Source: a virus (lineage: Duplodnaviria > Caudoviricetes). Taken from it: a DNA stretch of 60,065 bases. The DNA is taken from positions 1 to 60,065 of IMG/VR virus record IMGVR_UViG_3300025120_000052; one strand, 5' to 3'. The notes under the pieces are model-generated. The model was not told the origin of the DNA. It did no database searches and saw only the letters and a list, made by a program, of their open reading frames with translations. Shown in pieces: positions 10,457 to 20,355 of the stretch (the stretch's first letter is position 1; each line of letters begins with the position of its first letter). The translations under genes and the position numbers were made by a program.

Positions 10457-10643
10457 TTTGAATCTCTTTTAAATAATCCAAGAAGAAACCTACCGCAACC
10501 ACAAGGTTTAACCCAAGGGACACAACCAACTCTCGCACATCGCTATACACATTCGTACTTAGGTGTATGTGACCTACCATCCAAAAAGGAATGGCAAGTT
10601 GTTGACTCACCCACCGAATAGAGTAAACAATAAACTTCTTCAC
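10422..10643 (-). CDS. Small membrane protein
   Basis: 73 aa with two hydrophobic segments; TAAATTTG promoter-like motif just upstream. Confidence 0.65.
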   Translation of the reverse strand: MKKFIVYSIRWVSQQLAIPFWMVGHIHLSTNVYSDVRELVVSLGLNLVVAVGFFLDYLKEIQNDRATDTKQKD

Positions 10644-10655
10644 TTACAAATTTAC

Positions 10656-11093
10656 TCATTTGAACATTGCCATTTTAAAGGGTGAGTCTTTAGCACTACA
10701 GTAAACCATTACTTCCCAATCATTGGCCGTGTTGGGACGCTTGGGCCTGCCTCCCATGCGGGCAACACCATTCAATTCATCTAGGTCGCAAGCTATTAGT
10801 CCATCGGTGCAAGCCCATATCAAGAATGCTCTTGTTGCTTTGGGGTCTTGCTTCCGCCTGTCATCTAACTTGACTAGCTTCCGTGCCGCCACAGGTAATG
10901 GGAATGCTTCGGCTACAGGTTTATTCCTACCCTTTACTTCAACGAATCCAATCTGTTTGGTCTTATGAGACCTGACCTTAAAGTCAATGTCGTTATCACC
11001 TAGCTTGTAGTAATCGCAATGTCCGTTAGTCCAAAGTTCTATTGCCTTGGCTTCTCTATCTCTATCTGATTTTGTCTCCTGTCGTTGAGCCAT
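10656..11093 (-). CDS. PD-(D/E)XK-like nuclease
   Basis: DIDF...FVEVKGR motif; start reassigned to MAQRQ (ATG 11093). Confidence 0.6.
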   Translation of the reverse strand: MAQRQETKSDRDREAKAIELWTNGHCDYYKLGDNDIDFKVRSHKTKQIGFVEVKGRNKPVAEAFPLPVAARKLVKLDDRRKQDPKATRAFLIWACTDGLIACDLDELNGVARMGGRPKRPNTANDWEVMVYCSAKDSPFKMAMFK

Positions 11094-12543
11094 ATTCTTT
11101 TTTAAAATGAGTTGTGGTAAATGATTTCTTTTTGGTGACCGCCTTGTAAATCGAATCTTCAATTCCTCCCTTAGCAAACACCCAATACACGTCGCTCTTC
11201 AATCTTTCTTTTGTTGTCATCCTGTCTCTCGATTGCCAATAGCTTGTAGCTGAGAAGTCAATGTTGTAATAGACCAAAGCATTTGCTTCGCGCAGAGAGA
11301 TACCCTCTCTTCCTGCTACAATCTGAAGCGCGATACTTTTATCTGTGGTTTCGAACGCTTGAAGTTTTGTGGTCAGGTCAGTTCCATATGCCTCCTTGAG
11401 TGCAGCAAGTTCCTCTTTAAATTTGTAGAAGATTCCAATCTTTTTATTCTTGAACTTCTCTCGGATGAACATAGCCTTCGAGTAATCAAAGACCATTGAT
11501 GTTCCGTCTTCAAACTTTATTGTGCCTGAGTACATTTGATGTAGCTTCTGCATCAGCTTGACGGGTGTGTCTCCTAGTATCGTCTTCTCCTTGCCCGTAA
11601 TGACAAGGTCACGCTTGAGAGTATTGCACATGTCATATGTGCGTTGGTTCATATCCACATACAGGACATGTTCCTTAGTGTCCACCTTAAATCCCGCCTG
11701 CTCTTGAGAATAATTAATGGTGTATGGTTGCATCAAGTTGATTACTTCTTTCGATGCGGCATCATAGTTCTTATGGAACAGACCATTGATTCTTATCTCT
11801 TTGACGGCAACATGTTGTCGGGCAAATGCATAGAAGTTTTTGAACTCACGAAAGGGGTTGGTTGGAATTCCATACACCTGATGGTATATCATGCTGTACG
11901 ATTCAGGAGTCGGGGTTCCTGACAACAGGATAACCTTTGAGTTATTCCGCTTGATTAAATCCCTCACGTCCTTGGCCCTCTTGCTTGGCTTAGGAAAAGA
12001 ACCAAGGCTATGAGCCTCATCACATATGATTAAATCCCATTTCACATCAGGTATTTTATGCAGGCTTTCGTAGTTGATTGTAAAAAGAACATAGCTTGGA
12101 CACAGTAAGTCAGTGTCTTTAGTGATACTCGTTATAGCCTTCTTCTTTGTGATGAACAAAACATTTTCGAACCCCATGTCTTCTGCTATCCCCAAACTTG
12201 TAAGTGTCTTTCCCGTTCTTACCTCCATAGCGAGATACAAAAAGTCATGGGCCTGAAGTATCTCCTTGCCTTGCTCAATGATTTTCTTTTGATAGTCTCT
12301 AAACTCTAATTGATTTTGCATTCTTTCTTCGTAGTACGCTACGGTTTTATTGATGCGGTCTAACACATCGGGTTCTACTCTGTGCTTCGGCACATGTTTA
12401 GTTTCCACACTTCTTCCCCGCCCCACTTTTACCTCTTTGGTTTTGGTGAGAACGCCTTGAAGCATTTTGAAATGATGATAGTTCTGAGCATCGGAGTATG
12501 AACTTCGAGTCCATATTCCCTGAGAGTTTAAACTCTCACTCAT
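11062..12543 (-). CDS. Superfamily 2 helicase (SNF2/ResIII-like)
   Basis: FRDYQ, MEVRTGKT, DEAH, LSGTP, GISL and QSRDR motifs. Confidence 0.9.
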   Translation of the reverse strand: MSESLNSQGIWTRSSYSDAQNYHHFKMLQGVLTKTKEVKVGRGRSVETKHVPKHRVEPDVLDRINKTVAYYEERMQNQLEFRDYQKKIIEQGKEILQAHDFLYLAMEVRTGKTLTSLGIAEDMGFENVLFITKKKAITSITKDTDLLCPSYVLFTINYESLHKIPDVKWDLIICDEAHSLGSFPKPSKRAKDVRDLIKRNNSKVILLSGTPTPESYSMIYHQVYGIPTNPFREFKNFYAFARQHVAVKEIRINGLFHKNYDAASKEVINLMQPYTINYSQEQAGFKVDTKEHVLYVDMNQRTYDMCNTLKRDLVITGKEKTILGDTPVKLMQKLHQMYSGTIKFEDGTSMVFDYSKAMFIREKFKNKKIGIFYKFKEELAALKEAYGTDLTTKLQAFETTDKSIALQIVAGREGISLREANALVYYNIDFSATSYWQSRDRMTTKERLKSDVYWVFAKGGIEDSIYKAVTKKKSFTTTHFKKEYGSTTGDKIR

Positions 12544-14966
12544 ACGTTCATCTTTGTTTGCATCTCACCTTCGTGCTTGGTTCGAATGCGAATCCATCTT
12601 CCTGCCGCATCTCTACCCTCTTCAGGTTCAACGTGATGCTTGTACAAAGAGTAGGCAACAAGCCATTTGTAGAATCGAGTACGACTGATAGTCATCTTAG
12701 CCTTAGGCCCGTAGTCGGGGTACTCAGTAATGAAGTCTAAGTAAATCTCTTGCTTGTAGTTCTTTACCGTAGGCTCTAACCACCTTGATGTCTCAGTACC
12801 ATTAACAAGACCACACCATTCAATAAAGTCATGGCTTGTAGACGCAGACAACTGACGTATTCCAAGGTTGACAAACGTGCTCTCTACTAATCCTGTGTTC
12901 AGGTATCCCTGAAGACAGTACACCATGTAGTTGTCAAACTTGCACCAATCTGTGTCATCCCAATCAGCAAAGAAGTGCTTCTTGAATTCCATCAGGGGAG
13001 TGTTGAACTTGTTGTAGTACTGATGCAACTCTAACTCCCACTTACGACGAGCAAAGCTGTTACCTGCACCTTTGATGGCATAGTTTGTTGTGATGCCAAT
13101 CTTCGGTGACTTACTAAAAGGAATCTTGATAGCATCCTTGTTCTTCTTCTCAAGGGTCAAGCCTTCTGTTACAACACTGAAGAGTCTTTCGAAATCAAAG
13201 TTCTTCTTTACATCATCGAAGCAAAGTATCTGTGTGTCTGCCGATACCAACTGATAAGGGAAGCTACGCTCGAAAGCAAACGCCTTACCATCTATCACTA
13301 CCAACTTCTTCATGTGGCTCAGCGCGTTCATGAACAAGCCCTTGCCTGTACCACCTTCAGGGTTATCGCTTATCACCTCATCGTTTAAGATGACAGCGGG
13401 ACAGTAGCTTAGGTTCTTGTACCCATGCATCATGTACCCGATGGTAGACTCCATCGTAGACACACGACTTGGTTCATTGTTACAAATGTTACCGATGAAC
13501 GTAGTAAAGTCGCACCCCTCAATATCACAGATGTTGAAGTTCCTGTCAATGACATGGTCTTTCCACACGAACCCTCCAAGGTCTAGGTAGTCAATGATGG
13601 TTACACCTTCTTTACCAATCCTGATAGAGCAGTTTAGATAGTACAGATAGGAAGCATTCTTCGTGTCCTCTACAAAGTAGATGTCAATCGTTGAGAGGAG
13701 CGTAAGGAATTCTTCTCTAAAGTATCTGACTGAGTCAGCGAAGAAGTTATAGATGCTTGTGTCATCCAACTCCAATAGATAGTCAAGGATGAAATCCTTA
13801 ATCTCTTTCTCACTCGTGTGGTCGATAAGGTTGTTGGTCACCTTCACGAACACATAGTTCTTTCCTCCTTCAGGACAATACTTATAGAACCCATTGTCTT
13901 CAAGGAATCGTTTGAACTCTATGTGCTCAATCTTAATGACTCCCTTGTCTGACTTAGTCCAAAATATCTGAGTCTCATTTTCAGCCTCAACCCGATTGAT
14001 TACCGCCTCAATAACATCGCTCTCCAACTGAGACTCTTTGAGTTGCGAGCGGATTTCTTTTTTTGATGCACCACGTTTTAGTTGAGTACGGATAGAGTTT
14101 ACTCTGTCCTCATCTTCGTAGTACTTAGTTCCGAAGTTGTCTTCCCTGCTGTAGGCTGAGTCAATAGTTCTATCTATCTCATCCGCAGGAAAGTCACTGC
14201 TTGCATACTGACGTAAGATGTTTGTTGCAAGGTTCTTGTATATCCCATAGTCATTGAATGCCATAGCCAACACGTAAGCGTGATGGTTGCGCTGACCTTC
14301 AGTCATGGGATACTTCTTTGTCCACCACTTTACTAGTATCTCTACAATCTTATTCTCATCAGTGATAGGGATAGTCGGTGGGTCTTTGCTTGTTATCTCA
14401 GTATACTCAGGCTCTTCAATCTTAGTCCACAGAGAAGACTTCTCGTTGATGTATAGCAAAGGGTCGTATGATTCATAGCATACCCTTGAGATATTCTTGC
14501 ACGTCTTGTCGAAGTGTGGGTTGTCAAAGTATTTCTCAAGTGAATTAAAATAGTTGACGTGATTGGTGGGGTCGTTAGGTATTCTAATCAAAGCCTTTAG
14601 ACCTGCGCCCGAAGGGGAAATGAATACCGAGTAAACGTATCTGTCTTTAGACAATCGTTCTTTGTCTGCAACCAAGTCTTTGTGCTTGGCATACCCGTCA
14701 AAGTCTAGGCAAAGGAATCCACTGTGGGATTGAAGAGAACTATCTGTTCGTTTAGTAAAGGTTCCACTGAAGCATACAGCAGGTAGTTCTTTCTTGAGTT
14801 CATTCCGCTTGGCCTTGTCTTTCTCTGTCCTGATTCTCTTGACTAGATTCTTTGACGAGCCTTGACGGATGCGTTCCAATACGAAGTCTACACCTCTATG
14901 GAATGGAGTAGATGTCTCAAGTATGTTCTTAAATATGGTTATCTGCGGGGAAGGTGTCGTGTCCAT
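12540..14966 (-). CDS. Primase-helicase (BT4734/VirE-N-like primase, PriCT, P-loop helicase)
   Basis: KKELP.V.FSG.F, CLDFD, FISPSG.GLK, EGQRN, GGTGKG and FDD motifs. Confidence 0.88.
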   Translation of the reverse strand: MDTTPSPQITIFKNILETSTPFHRGVDFVLERIRQGSSKNLVKRIRTEKDKAKRNELKKELPAVCFSGTFTKRTDSSLQSHSGFLCLDFDGYAKHKDLVADKERLSKDRYVYSVFISPSGAGLKALIRIPNDPTNHVNYFNSLEKYFDNPHFDKTCKNISRVCYESYDPLLYINEKSSLWTKIEEPEYTEITSKDPPTIPITDENKIVEILVKWWTKKYPMTEGQRNHHAYVLAMAFNDYGIYKNLATNILRQYASSDFPADEIDRTIDSAYSREDNFGTKYYEDEDRVNSIRTQLKRGASKKEIRSQLKESQLESDVIEAVINRVEAENETQIFWTKSDKGVIKIEHIEFKRFLEDNGFYKYCPEGGKNYVFVKVTNNLIDHTSEKEIKDFILDYLLELDDTSIYNFFADSVRYFREEFLTLLSTIDIYFVEDTKNASYLYYLNCSIRIGKEGVTIIDYLDLGGFVWKDHVIDRNFNICDIEGCDFTTFIGNICNNEPSRVSTMESTIGYMMHGYKNLSYCPAVILNDEVISDNPEGGTGKGLFMNALSHMKKLVVIDGKAFAFERSFPYQLVSADTQILCFDDVKKNFDFERLFSVVTEGLTLEKKNKDAIKIPFSKSPKIGITTNYAIKGAGNSFARRKWELELHQYYNKFNTPLMEFKKHFFADWDDTDWCKFDNYMVYCLQGYLNTGLVESTFVNLGIRQLSASTSHDFIEWCGLVNGTETSRWLEPTVKNYKQEIYLDFITEYPDYGPKAKMTISRTRFYKWLVAYSLYKHHVEPEEGRDAAGRWIRIRTKHEGEMQTKMNV

Positions 14967-15120
14967 GACAATTCTGTGCTGTTTTAGATAGGTGTAACTG
15001 ATTGATTATCAAATGTTGTGTCGATAATGTCGATTATTTTCTTTCGTATACAAGAAAGAAAGAAAAGAGATAGGAAATTAAAAGAGAGTAATAGAAATCT
15101 CTTGTTGATGGCATTCGACA
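14955..15120. other. Putative replication-origin-like element A
   Basis: IHF-consensus TAACTGATTGATT (14995-15007), TGTCG repeats, AT/purine-rich spacer and inverted CGACA; at the primase gene start. Confidence 0.55.
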
Positions 15121-15131
15121 TTTGATAGGGG

Positions 15132-15164
15132 AAAAAAAGAGGTGAGAGTTTGAACTCCCACCTC
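15132..15164 (-). terminator. Intrinsic terminator built on the palindrome motif
   Basis: Minus strand GAGGTGGGAG-TTCAAA-CTCTCACCTC followed by TTTTTTT, downstream of the SSB-like gene. Confidence 0.8.
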
Positions 15165-15184
15165 CCTTATTTCGTCGGGCAAAG

Positions 15185-15499
15185 TTAGAATGGCAGAGCA
15201 GGGTCTGATTCCGTTTCGGCAACCTTTGCCTTTGGTTTAGCCTTCTCCTTGACAGGAGCAGGAGCGGATGCTTCCTCTTCCTTTGGCTTCGGCTCCCAAG
15301 TATCTACTTGGAAGTAATGCTTACCACTCTTGGCTTCTTTCAAATCCATATTCACCCATCCCTTTTTGACATTGTCTTTTAGGAAGGTGATGAACTCATC
15401 CACCTTGATTGATACGGCACCGAGTACAAAGTCAGGTGCATTGTCTTTTTGTTTGAAGAAGATACCCTCTCCGAACACCTTGTCGTTTTGTTCTGACAT
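15185..15499 (-). CDS. Putative single-stranded DNA-binding protein
   Basis: Small beta-type domain, flexible tail ending ...LPF; next to annealase and exonuclease. Confidence 0.6.
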   Translation of the reverse strand: MSEQNDKVFGEGIFFKQKDNAPDFVLGAVSIKVDEFITFLKDNVKKGWVNMDLKEAKSGKHYFQVDTWEPKPKEEEASAPAPVKEKAKPKAKVAETESDPALPF

Positions 15500-15501
15500 G
15501 G

Positions 15502-15657
15502 TTACTTGTGTTTAATTGTTCGCTCCAAAAAATGTGCCGTCGCATCTATGATGTCTTGCTTCATTTGCGATGACTCGCAGACAGTTGGAACTTCTATCTG
15601 CATTACGTCTAGCTTCAGGACTTTCCTGAACCGTTTATTTATCTTATAGAATGTCAT
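15502..15657 (-). CDS. Small hypothetical protein (51 aa, MTFYKINKRF...)
   Basis: Hand-translated; fills the gap between genes. Confidence 0.6.
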   Translation of the reverse strand: MTFYKINKRFRKVLKLDVMQIEVPTVCESSQMKQDIIDATAHFLERTIKHK

Positions 15658-16375
15658 CTATGTAATAGTCCCGTACATCCTCAGGTGCGTAAGGCCCAAA
15701 GAACTTATTGTAAACTTCAACTGCCTTCACTACTTTCTCCTCGCCCCTTGCTACGAAATCATCTGATGGCTTGAACATACCAAGCATGTTACTGCCTTTG
15801 TCGATTGCGTAGAAGACCAATGGTTTGTTGAACAGCTTCTGATAGATAAAGCATTGGCTATCATAGTTGTACTTGCGAGCAGACCACTTGAAGTCAGCGA
15901 TGTTACTCGTAGTCTTCAGGTCAATGATGCATTCATCAGTGATGATGTCTGCCTTCCCTTTCCACTCTACTCCAAACAGAGTAGTGATGGCAGGTTCTTC
16001 ATAAAGGTTGCCCTCTTGTCTAATCTTCTCATAGAACTCAAACTTACCGAGCATGGTACGTACGTTCTCCTCGATAGCTTCCTTCTCCTTGGTGAGCATC
16101 GCAAACGGAACACCCTGCTCTTCTAAGAAATTCTTATAGAACTTTGTTGTCCGTGTAGATGCGTCAACATGGACGGTGTCCTTTGCTTTCTCAGGCTCAA
16201 GGATTAGCTGATGGAAGTATCGACCTTTTGCAAAGTTGATGTTGTCATCTTGAGGTATACCAAACTCTTTGGGGTTTCCAAGTAGCTTGCTGATGTCCGA
16301 GTTAGACAGGTAGTTTCTACCTACTCCTGAGTAATACTCAGCATCGTCTCTTAGTTTTTCGATTACTTCTTTCAT
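15644..16375 (-). CDS. RecE/ExoVIII-like PD-(D/E)XK exonuclease (DUF3799-like)
   Basis: LSNS, G..FH..ILEP, KGKAD, IDLKTT, Y..Q..IY motifs. Confidence 0.85.
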   Translation of the reverse strand: MKEVIEKLRDDAEYYSGVGRNYLSNSDISKLLGNPKEFGIPQDDNINFAKGRYFHQLILEPEKAKDTVHVDASTRTTKFYKNFLEEQGVPFAMLTKEKEAIEENVRTMLGKFEFYEKIRQEGNLYEEPAITTLFGVEWKGKADIITDECIIDLKTTSNIADFKWSARKYNYDSQCFIYQKLFNKPLVFYAIDKGSNMLGMFKPSDDFVARGEEKVVKAVEVYNKFFGPYAPEDVRDYYIDDIL

Positions 16376-16977
16376 ACGTGCTTCTCTTCATTGGCCTCGT
16401 CATAGACTGCCTTTAGTTTCTTCTCTGTAGCCGTGGCTATATTGAATCGAGTGCTCACCTTCTGAATCAGGTCATCGAAATCTTCGTGACGCTGTGAAAC
16501 AAGCCAACCTTCTACACCCTTGTAACTCTTGTGCTTGGCAGTAAGAGTCTCTAGTTCTACAGGCTCAGGCGCAGGCTCAGGAATATCTTCTCCTGTATAC
16601 ACATCAATGCCGAGACCATGCATAGCAATGCACTTCACCGTACTACGTTGGATAGCTTTGTTGACATCCATTGATGTCACCTTGTCTACCGTGATAGATT
16701 TGTTACGGAAGTCCATGACAGGAAGCATGTCTACTATCTCATCCTCACCCACCTTTACGCCCACCTTTACGTAGGCTGTGTTGCCATCCGTGAAGTAGTT
16801 CATGCCTGTGTGTGCATGCTCGTATATGGTTCGACTTGCGTCAGGAAAGTGAGTCTTCAATAGCTTCCAAGCGTTAGCCCATGAGACATAGGAAAGACCA
16901 CCTCGTTTCTCGATGTAGTCGTATACGTTGATTGCAGATAACGTATCAAAAACTGATTTACTCTTGACTTGTGCCAT
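16372..16977 (-). CDS. Sak/Rad52-like single-strand annealing protein (DUF1071-like)
   Basis: LSYVSWA.AW, LPVMD.RN, NKAIQR..VKCIA.HGLG..VY motifs. Confidence 0.85.
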   Translation of the reverse strand: MAQVKSKSVFDTLSAINVYDYIEKRGGLSYVSWANAWKLLKTHFPDASRTIYEHAHTGMNYFTDGNTAYVKVGVKVGEDEIVDMLPVMDFRNKSITVDKVTSMDVNKAIQRSTVKCIAMHGLGIDVYTGEDIPEPAPEPVELETLTAKHKSYKGVEGWLVSQRHEDFDDLIQKVSTRFNIATATEKKLKAVYDEANEEKHV

Positions 16978-17395
16978 GATTGATTGATTTAATTTGATTC
17001 AACTTCTCTTCTATTTTTAAGTACCTCATATGAGCAGTGTCCAATTGCTTCAAGATACTCTCCTTGTATTTTTGTCTCTTCGGTTCTCTAACTTCTTCTC
17101 GCTTGATAGCTTCATTTAGCTTGTCAATTTTTGTGCGACAGTTAGACAAAGATAAGACATAAACTCCATACCTCCAACCTCCATGAGCAAAAAGATTATA
17201 GTCGGCTGAGGATATTTCTTCGTAGTGGTCGCCACCTCTCTGAGTGTTGTAGATGACTGCACTTTTGTTAATGCGACACGGCCTTGTAATTTTAATTCCG
17301 TATAGCATCTTGGCCTCGTAGTCAGGCGTGCTTACGACAGAAGCGAATCCGTCGTTCATAGCCTGCTCAAAGACCTCATCTCGGCTGAAGGGCAT
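16958..17395 (-). CDS. Hypothetical protein
   Basis: 145-aa ORF overlapping its neighbours. Confidence 0.7.
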   Translation of the reverse strand: MPFSRDEVFEQAMNDGFASVVSTPDYEAKMLYGIKITRPCRINKSAVIYNTQRGGDHYEEISSADYNLFAHGGWRYGVYVLSLSNCRTKIDKLNEAIKREEVREPKRQKYKESILKQLDTAHMRYLKIEEKLNQIKSINHGTSQE

Positions 17396-17684
17396 CTAGC
17401 TTTAACGTTTCGATTAAAGACTTGTAGTCGCTGTCTGTCTCTACAAGGTCTGTGATTTGTTTGATTCCCCAAATGATAGAGGAGTGGGCAATGTCATACC
17501 CTTTCTCTTTCAGGTATTGTTGGATGTACCGTATCCGCATGGGACGTTGGTGACACATGTAGTATAGAATGTAACGAGCATCTACAACATCACGAGACTT
17601 GTTCTTCTTGAACAGGTCTTCTTCTGTGATGTTGAATCTGTCGCACACTACACTAGTGTAAGCCTCAAAGATTTCCTGCTTCAT
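17376..17684 (-). CDS. Second DnaA C-terminal-like HTH protein
   Basis: VVCDRFNITEEDL..K.KSRDVVDARYILYY...HSSII.G; start reassigned to MKQEIF. Confidence 0.7.
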   Translation of the reverse strand: MKQEIFEAYTSVVCDRFNITEEDLFKKNKSRDVVDARYILYYMCHQRPMRIRYIQQYLKEKGYDIAHSSIIWGIKQITDLVETDSDYKSLIETLKLDALQPR

Positions 17685-17847
17685 GCTTCGTACGTTTTTG
17701 AGTAGAACCAAACAGGGACTCAATGAATTGAGAGAACACCTGCTCATGTGGTGAGAGTTTGAACTCTCGTTGTTGATACTCATCGTCGATGAACTTGTCA
17801 TCGTCAGTATCAATCTGATTTTCTAAAAGCTGTTTTGTCTTAGACAT
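17665..17847 (-). CDS. Hypothetical protein
   Basis: 60-aa ORF after a TATCTTTA promoter-like motif; contains a palindrome copy (REFKLS). Confidence 0.6.
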   Translation of the reverse strand: MSKTKQLLENQIDTDDDKFIDDEYQQREFKLSPHEQVFSQFIESLFGSTQKRTKHEAGNL

Positions 17848-17887
17848 AGAATTGAATTTAAGTTAGATAAAGATAAGGCATGTCCAA

Positions 17888-18253
17888 CTATTGTGCAACT
17901 TTAGTTGAACTTTTAATGTGCTCAAACAAACGTTCTTCTACCCACTTGATGTTGGGGTGTCTAAAGGTTAAGTCTTCGAACAGGTCTTGATAGAACCACG
18001 TGTCATCCTTGAGTAGTTGGATGTAATACATACGTGGGTATAGCATAATCTGCTGAGCATCTTCATCTAGTTTATAGATAGAGTAGTCGTACTCTTTCTT
18101 AAAAGAATTGATTGGGATTAGTTGACCGAACTGAGAGAAGTCGGATACGGTGAACCTTTTACGGTCAGCCATCTGCTGTAGCATTTGAATCCGTCTTTGG
18201 CTACCGCCTTCTTTCTTTTCCATGCGGGCGGCATTGAGGAAGTACTTGTTCAT
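17888..18253 (-). CDS. Hypothetical protein
   Basis: ORF track; probable start MNKYF overlapping the upstream stop. Confidence 0.7.
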   Translation of the reverse strand: MNKYFLNAARMEKKEGGSQRRIQMLQQMADRKRFTVSDFSQFGQLIPINSFKKEYDYSIYKLDEDAQQIMLYPRMYYIQLLKDDTWFYQDLFEDLTFRHPNIKWVEERLFEHIKSSTKVAQ

Positions 18254-18501
18254 GCTTCCCCTCCTTGCTCCCACTCTTCGCGGCTCAACACGAGCACGTC
18301 TCCAACAAGGATTTGGTTAGCCATTGCAGATGCTTCTTCGTTTACGGGTAGGCTTCTAAGAAGTCCTTCTTCGTTAACTAAGATGACCTTATCTGATAGG
18401 TATACGGGTTCGATGTATCCATCTACAGCCATTTGCATTCCTTTCAGGCTCAGGTTGTGCCACGCTTCTCGGTGACCGTTTGATTTAATTTGTATCGCCA
18501 T
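18250..18501 (-). CDS. DUF3846-like protein
   Basis: L..MQ..V.GYIE...VNEEG....LP.N..A....LVGDVL pattern. Confidence 0.75.
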   Translation of the reverse strand: MAIQIKSNGHREAWHNLSLKGMQMAVDGYIEPVYLSDKVILVNEEGLLRSLPVNEEASAMANQILVGDVLVLSREEWEQGGEA

Positions 18502-18778
18502 GTTTTCTTGGTGTTAGGTCTGCGTACCTAGCGTACACATATCCTTGGTGTAAAATCTTATGAACTCCATCCCACTTTGGGAGGTAGCTATCAACAGTGG
18601 GAGGGGTGATGAATGTTTCATCTAAGGTTGCGTTCATCTCGTGGGCTTGCGCTTCAAGTGAACGATGGCACAACATGTACATCTCGTCATTGACAAACGT
18701 CGCGATAAGATTGCGTGCGCCATCAGGCATGAGGAAGTATATCTCAATCATCGGGTTGGAAGTGAAAGTCAATGTCAT
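18485..18778 (-). CDS. Hypothetical protein
   Basis: ORF in a packed operon; start uncertain. Confidence 0.6.
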   Translation of the reverse strand: MTLTFTSNPMIEIYFLMPDGARNLIATFVNDEMYMLCHRSLEAQAHEMNATLDETFITPPTVDSYLPKWDGVHKILHQGYVYARYADLTPRKHGDTN

Positions 18779-19163
18779 TAACCAACGTGTCTACTGCTTC
18801 AGAGATTTCTCTCTTGGCTTGCAGGGCGTCATCACATTGAGCACGCCAACCCATGTTGGGTAGAACAATGCGCGTCATGATGTCGCTCACTATCCAACGT
18901 CGGATGGTTGAGAACGGGTGAGGAATCTCAAACGTGGGACGCTCTCGGAGAGAGAGCCTTGATACAGGAGCGTCACCTCCTTCCTCGTTAGTGGAATCGG
19001 AACCTTCCATCTTTGAAACAAGTCGCTGATACTTAGCGACCTTCTGCTCGTACTTCAAACCAATGAAGTCGCTGTATCCAAAGCGAACGTTCTTGTTGGC
19101 GAAGTTGCCTGCGTAAATCGCAGTGAACTCTTTTACCCTTTCGGGTGTCCATGTAAAATCCAT
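18744..19163 (-). CDS. Hypothetical protein
   Basis: 139-aa ORF with A-rich leader. Confidence 0.7.
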   Translation of the reverse strand: MDFTWTPERVKEFTAIYAGNFANKNVRFGYSDFIGLKYEQKVAKYQRLVSKMEGSDSTNEEGGDAPVSRLSLRERPTFEIPHPFSTIRRWIVSDIMTRIVLPNMGWRAQCDDALQAKREISEAVDTLVNDIDFHFQPDD

Positions 19164-19195
19164 TTGATTAGAATTGTGAGAGTTTGAACTCTCGA

Positions 19196-20266
19196 TTAAA
19201 AATTAAACCTAAGAACTTCCTCTTCAGTGAACTCACCTCCGCATCCCGTACAACTGTACGTTCCGCTTGGGTATTCTTCAGCAACGAGGTCGTTGTAGCA
19301 CTCAACACAAAAGGGTGAATTGTTTTCCTTCAGTTCGGGCCATTTCTCTTCTTCGAGGTCATCCCAAAGCAAGGACTGATTGCACTCAGGTACAGGCGCA
19401 ACGATTACTCGTTTCTTTGGGACAATGCCAAAGGACTTATGGAACTTTGCGCTAGGCAGGTGCTCGGTGTCGTTGAAGTAAATCCAACAGTTGATAAGCC
19501 TGCCGTCCTTCATCTTGATAGGCACTTGAGTTCTGCGATACCATTGAGGATGCCCTTCGAGTAGGTCAAGGTCTTTGAACGTAGCATCGGTAACCTTGAA
19601 CACATCCACCTCTACGTTGTGACCAATACCCTTCTTAGACAAGAGGTAAGGCAGGCCGTTGATGATTAGTGGATACTTGTCTTGGGTAACTCCCGCGCCT
19701 ACAAACTTCTCGCGTCTGAGATAGTTCATGTAGTTGCCATGACCACGCTTCAACGTGCCGTACACAGCAACGACGTTGTCCATGAGAACGTTGGCTTTGG
19801 AATACCAAATGCCATCACGCTTGATGTACAGGTCACGATTGTAAATCTGAAAGGACTTGTCTCTCGTGTTGATGCTGACGAACCGTGAGTCATGCTGTTC
19901 CAACTCGGCCTTCCATTGACTGCGAGGCATAGAGCCTAGCTTCTCAGCCAACACCTTGCTGTCGCACTTCTCCTTTGTACCGATGCCCTTGATTGTTCCG
20001 TTCTGCATGAGTAACTCATGGCTCTGCTCACCACATATGAATGGGTGAGTGTTAGCCCTGCCTACCGCACCTACGGTGGCATACCTGAAGTGAGCGATGA
20101 ACGGACGTTCGGTTAGTAGTTGCTCGTAATCCTCTGACTCATGGTATGTTGTCTCGAATGTGTCGAGGAATGTAATACCCAACCCGTGAGGGTTGATGCG
20201 AGCGGAGTTTTCCAACACCTCACGAGATATGGTGTTGGCCTTTTGTTTAATGATAATCACACACAT
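19196..20266 (-). CDS. Class II glutamine amidotransferase fused to gamma-glutamylcyclotransferase (GGCT/AIG2-like) with C-terminal Zn ribbon
   Basis: N-terminal MC, NPHG.G, HFRYAT.G, N.HPF, NGTI; VAVYGTLKRG, LD.LEG.P.WY.R; CxxC...CxxC. Confidence 0.88.
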   Translation of the reverse strand: MCVIIIKQKANTISREVLENSARINPHGLGITFLDTFETTYHESEDYEQLLTERPFIAHFRYATVGAVGRANTHPFICGEQSHELLMQNGTIKGIGTKEKCDSKVLAEKLGSMPRSQWKAELEQHDSRFVSINTRDKSFQIYNRDLYIKRDGIWYSKANVLMDNVVAVYGTLKRGHGNYMNYLRREKFVGAGVTQDKYPLIINGLPYLLSKKGIGHNVEVDVFKVTDATFKDLDLLEGHPQWYRRTQVPIKMKDGRLINCWIYFNDTEHLPSAKFHKSFGIVPKKRVIVAPVPECNQSLLWDDLEEEKWPELKENNSPFCVECYNDLVAEEYPSGTYSCTGCGGEFTEEEVLRFNF

Positions 20267-20316
20267 GATGATTGGATTTGATTGTGAGAGTTTGAACTCT
20301 CGGATTAATTACAGTA

Positions 20317-20348
20317 CAAATATAGTACATCTTTTGTCTCTATCCAAA
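20317..20348 (-). promoter_or_regulatory. Bacteroidota housekeeping-sigma promoter
   Basis: TTTG-N20-TATATTTG on the minus strand, upstream of the GATase gene. Confidence 0.8.
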
Positions 20349-20355
20349 TTTATTT

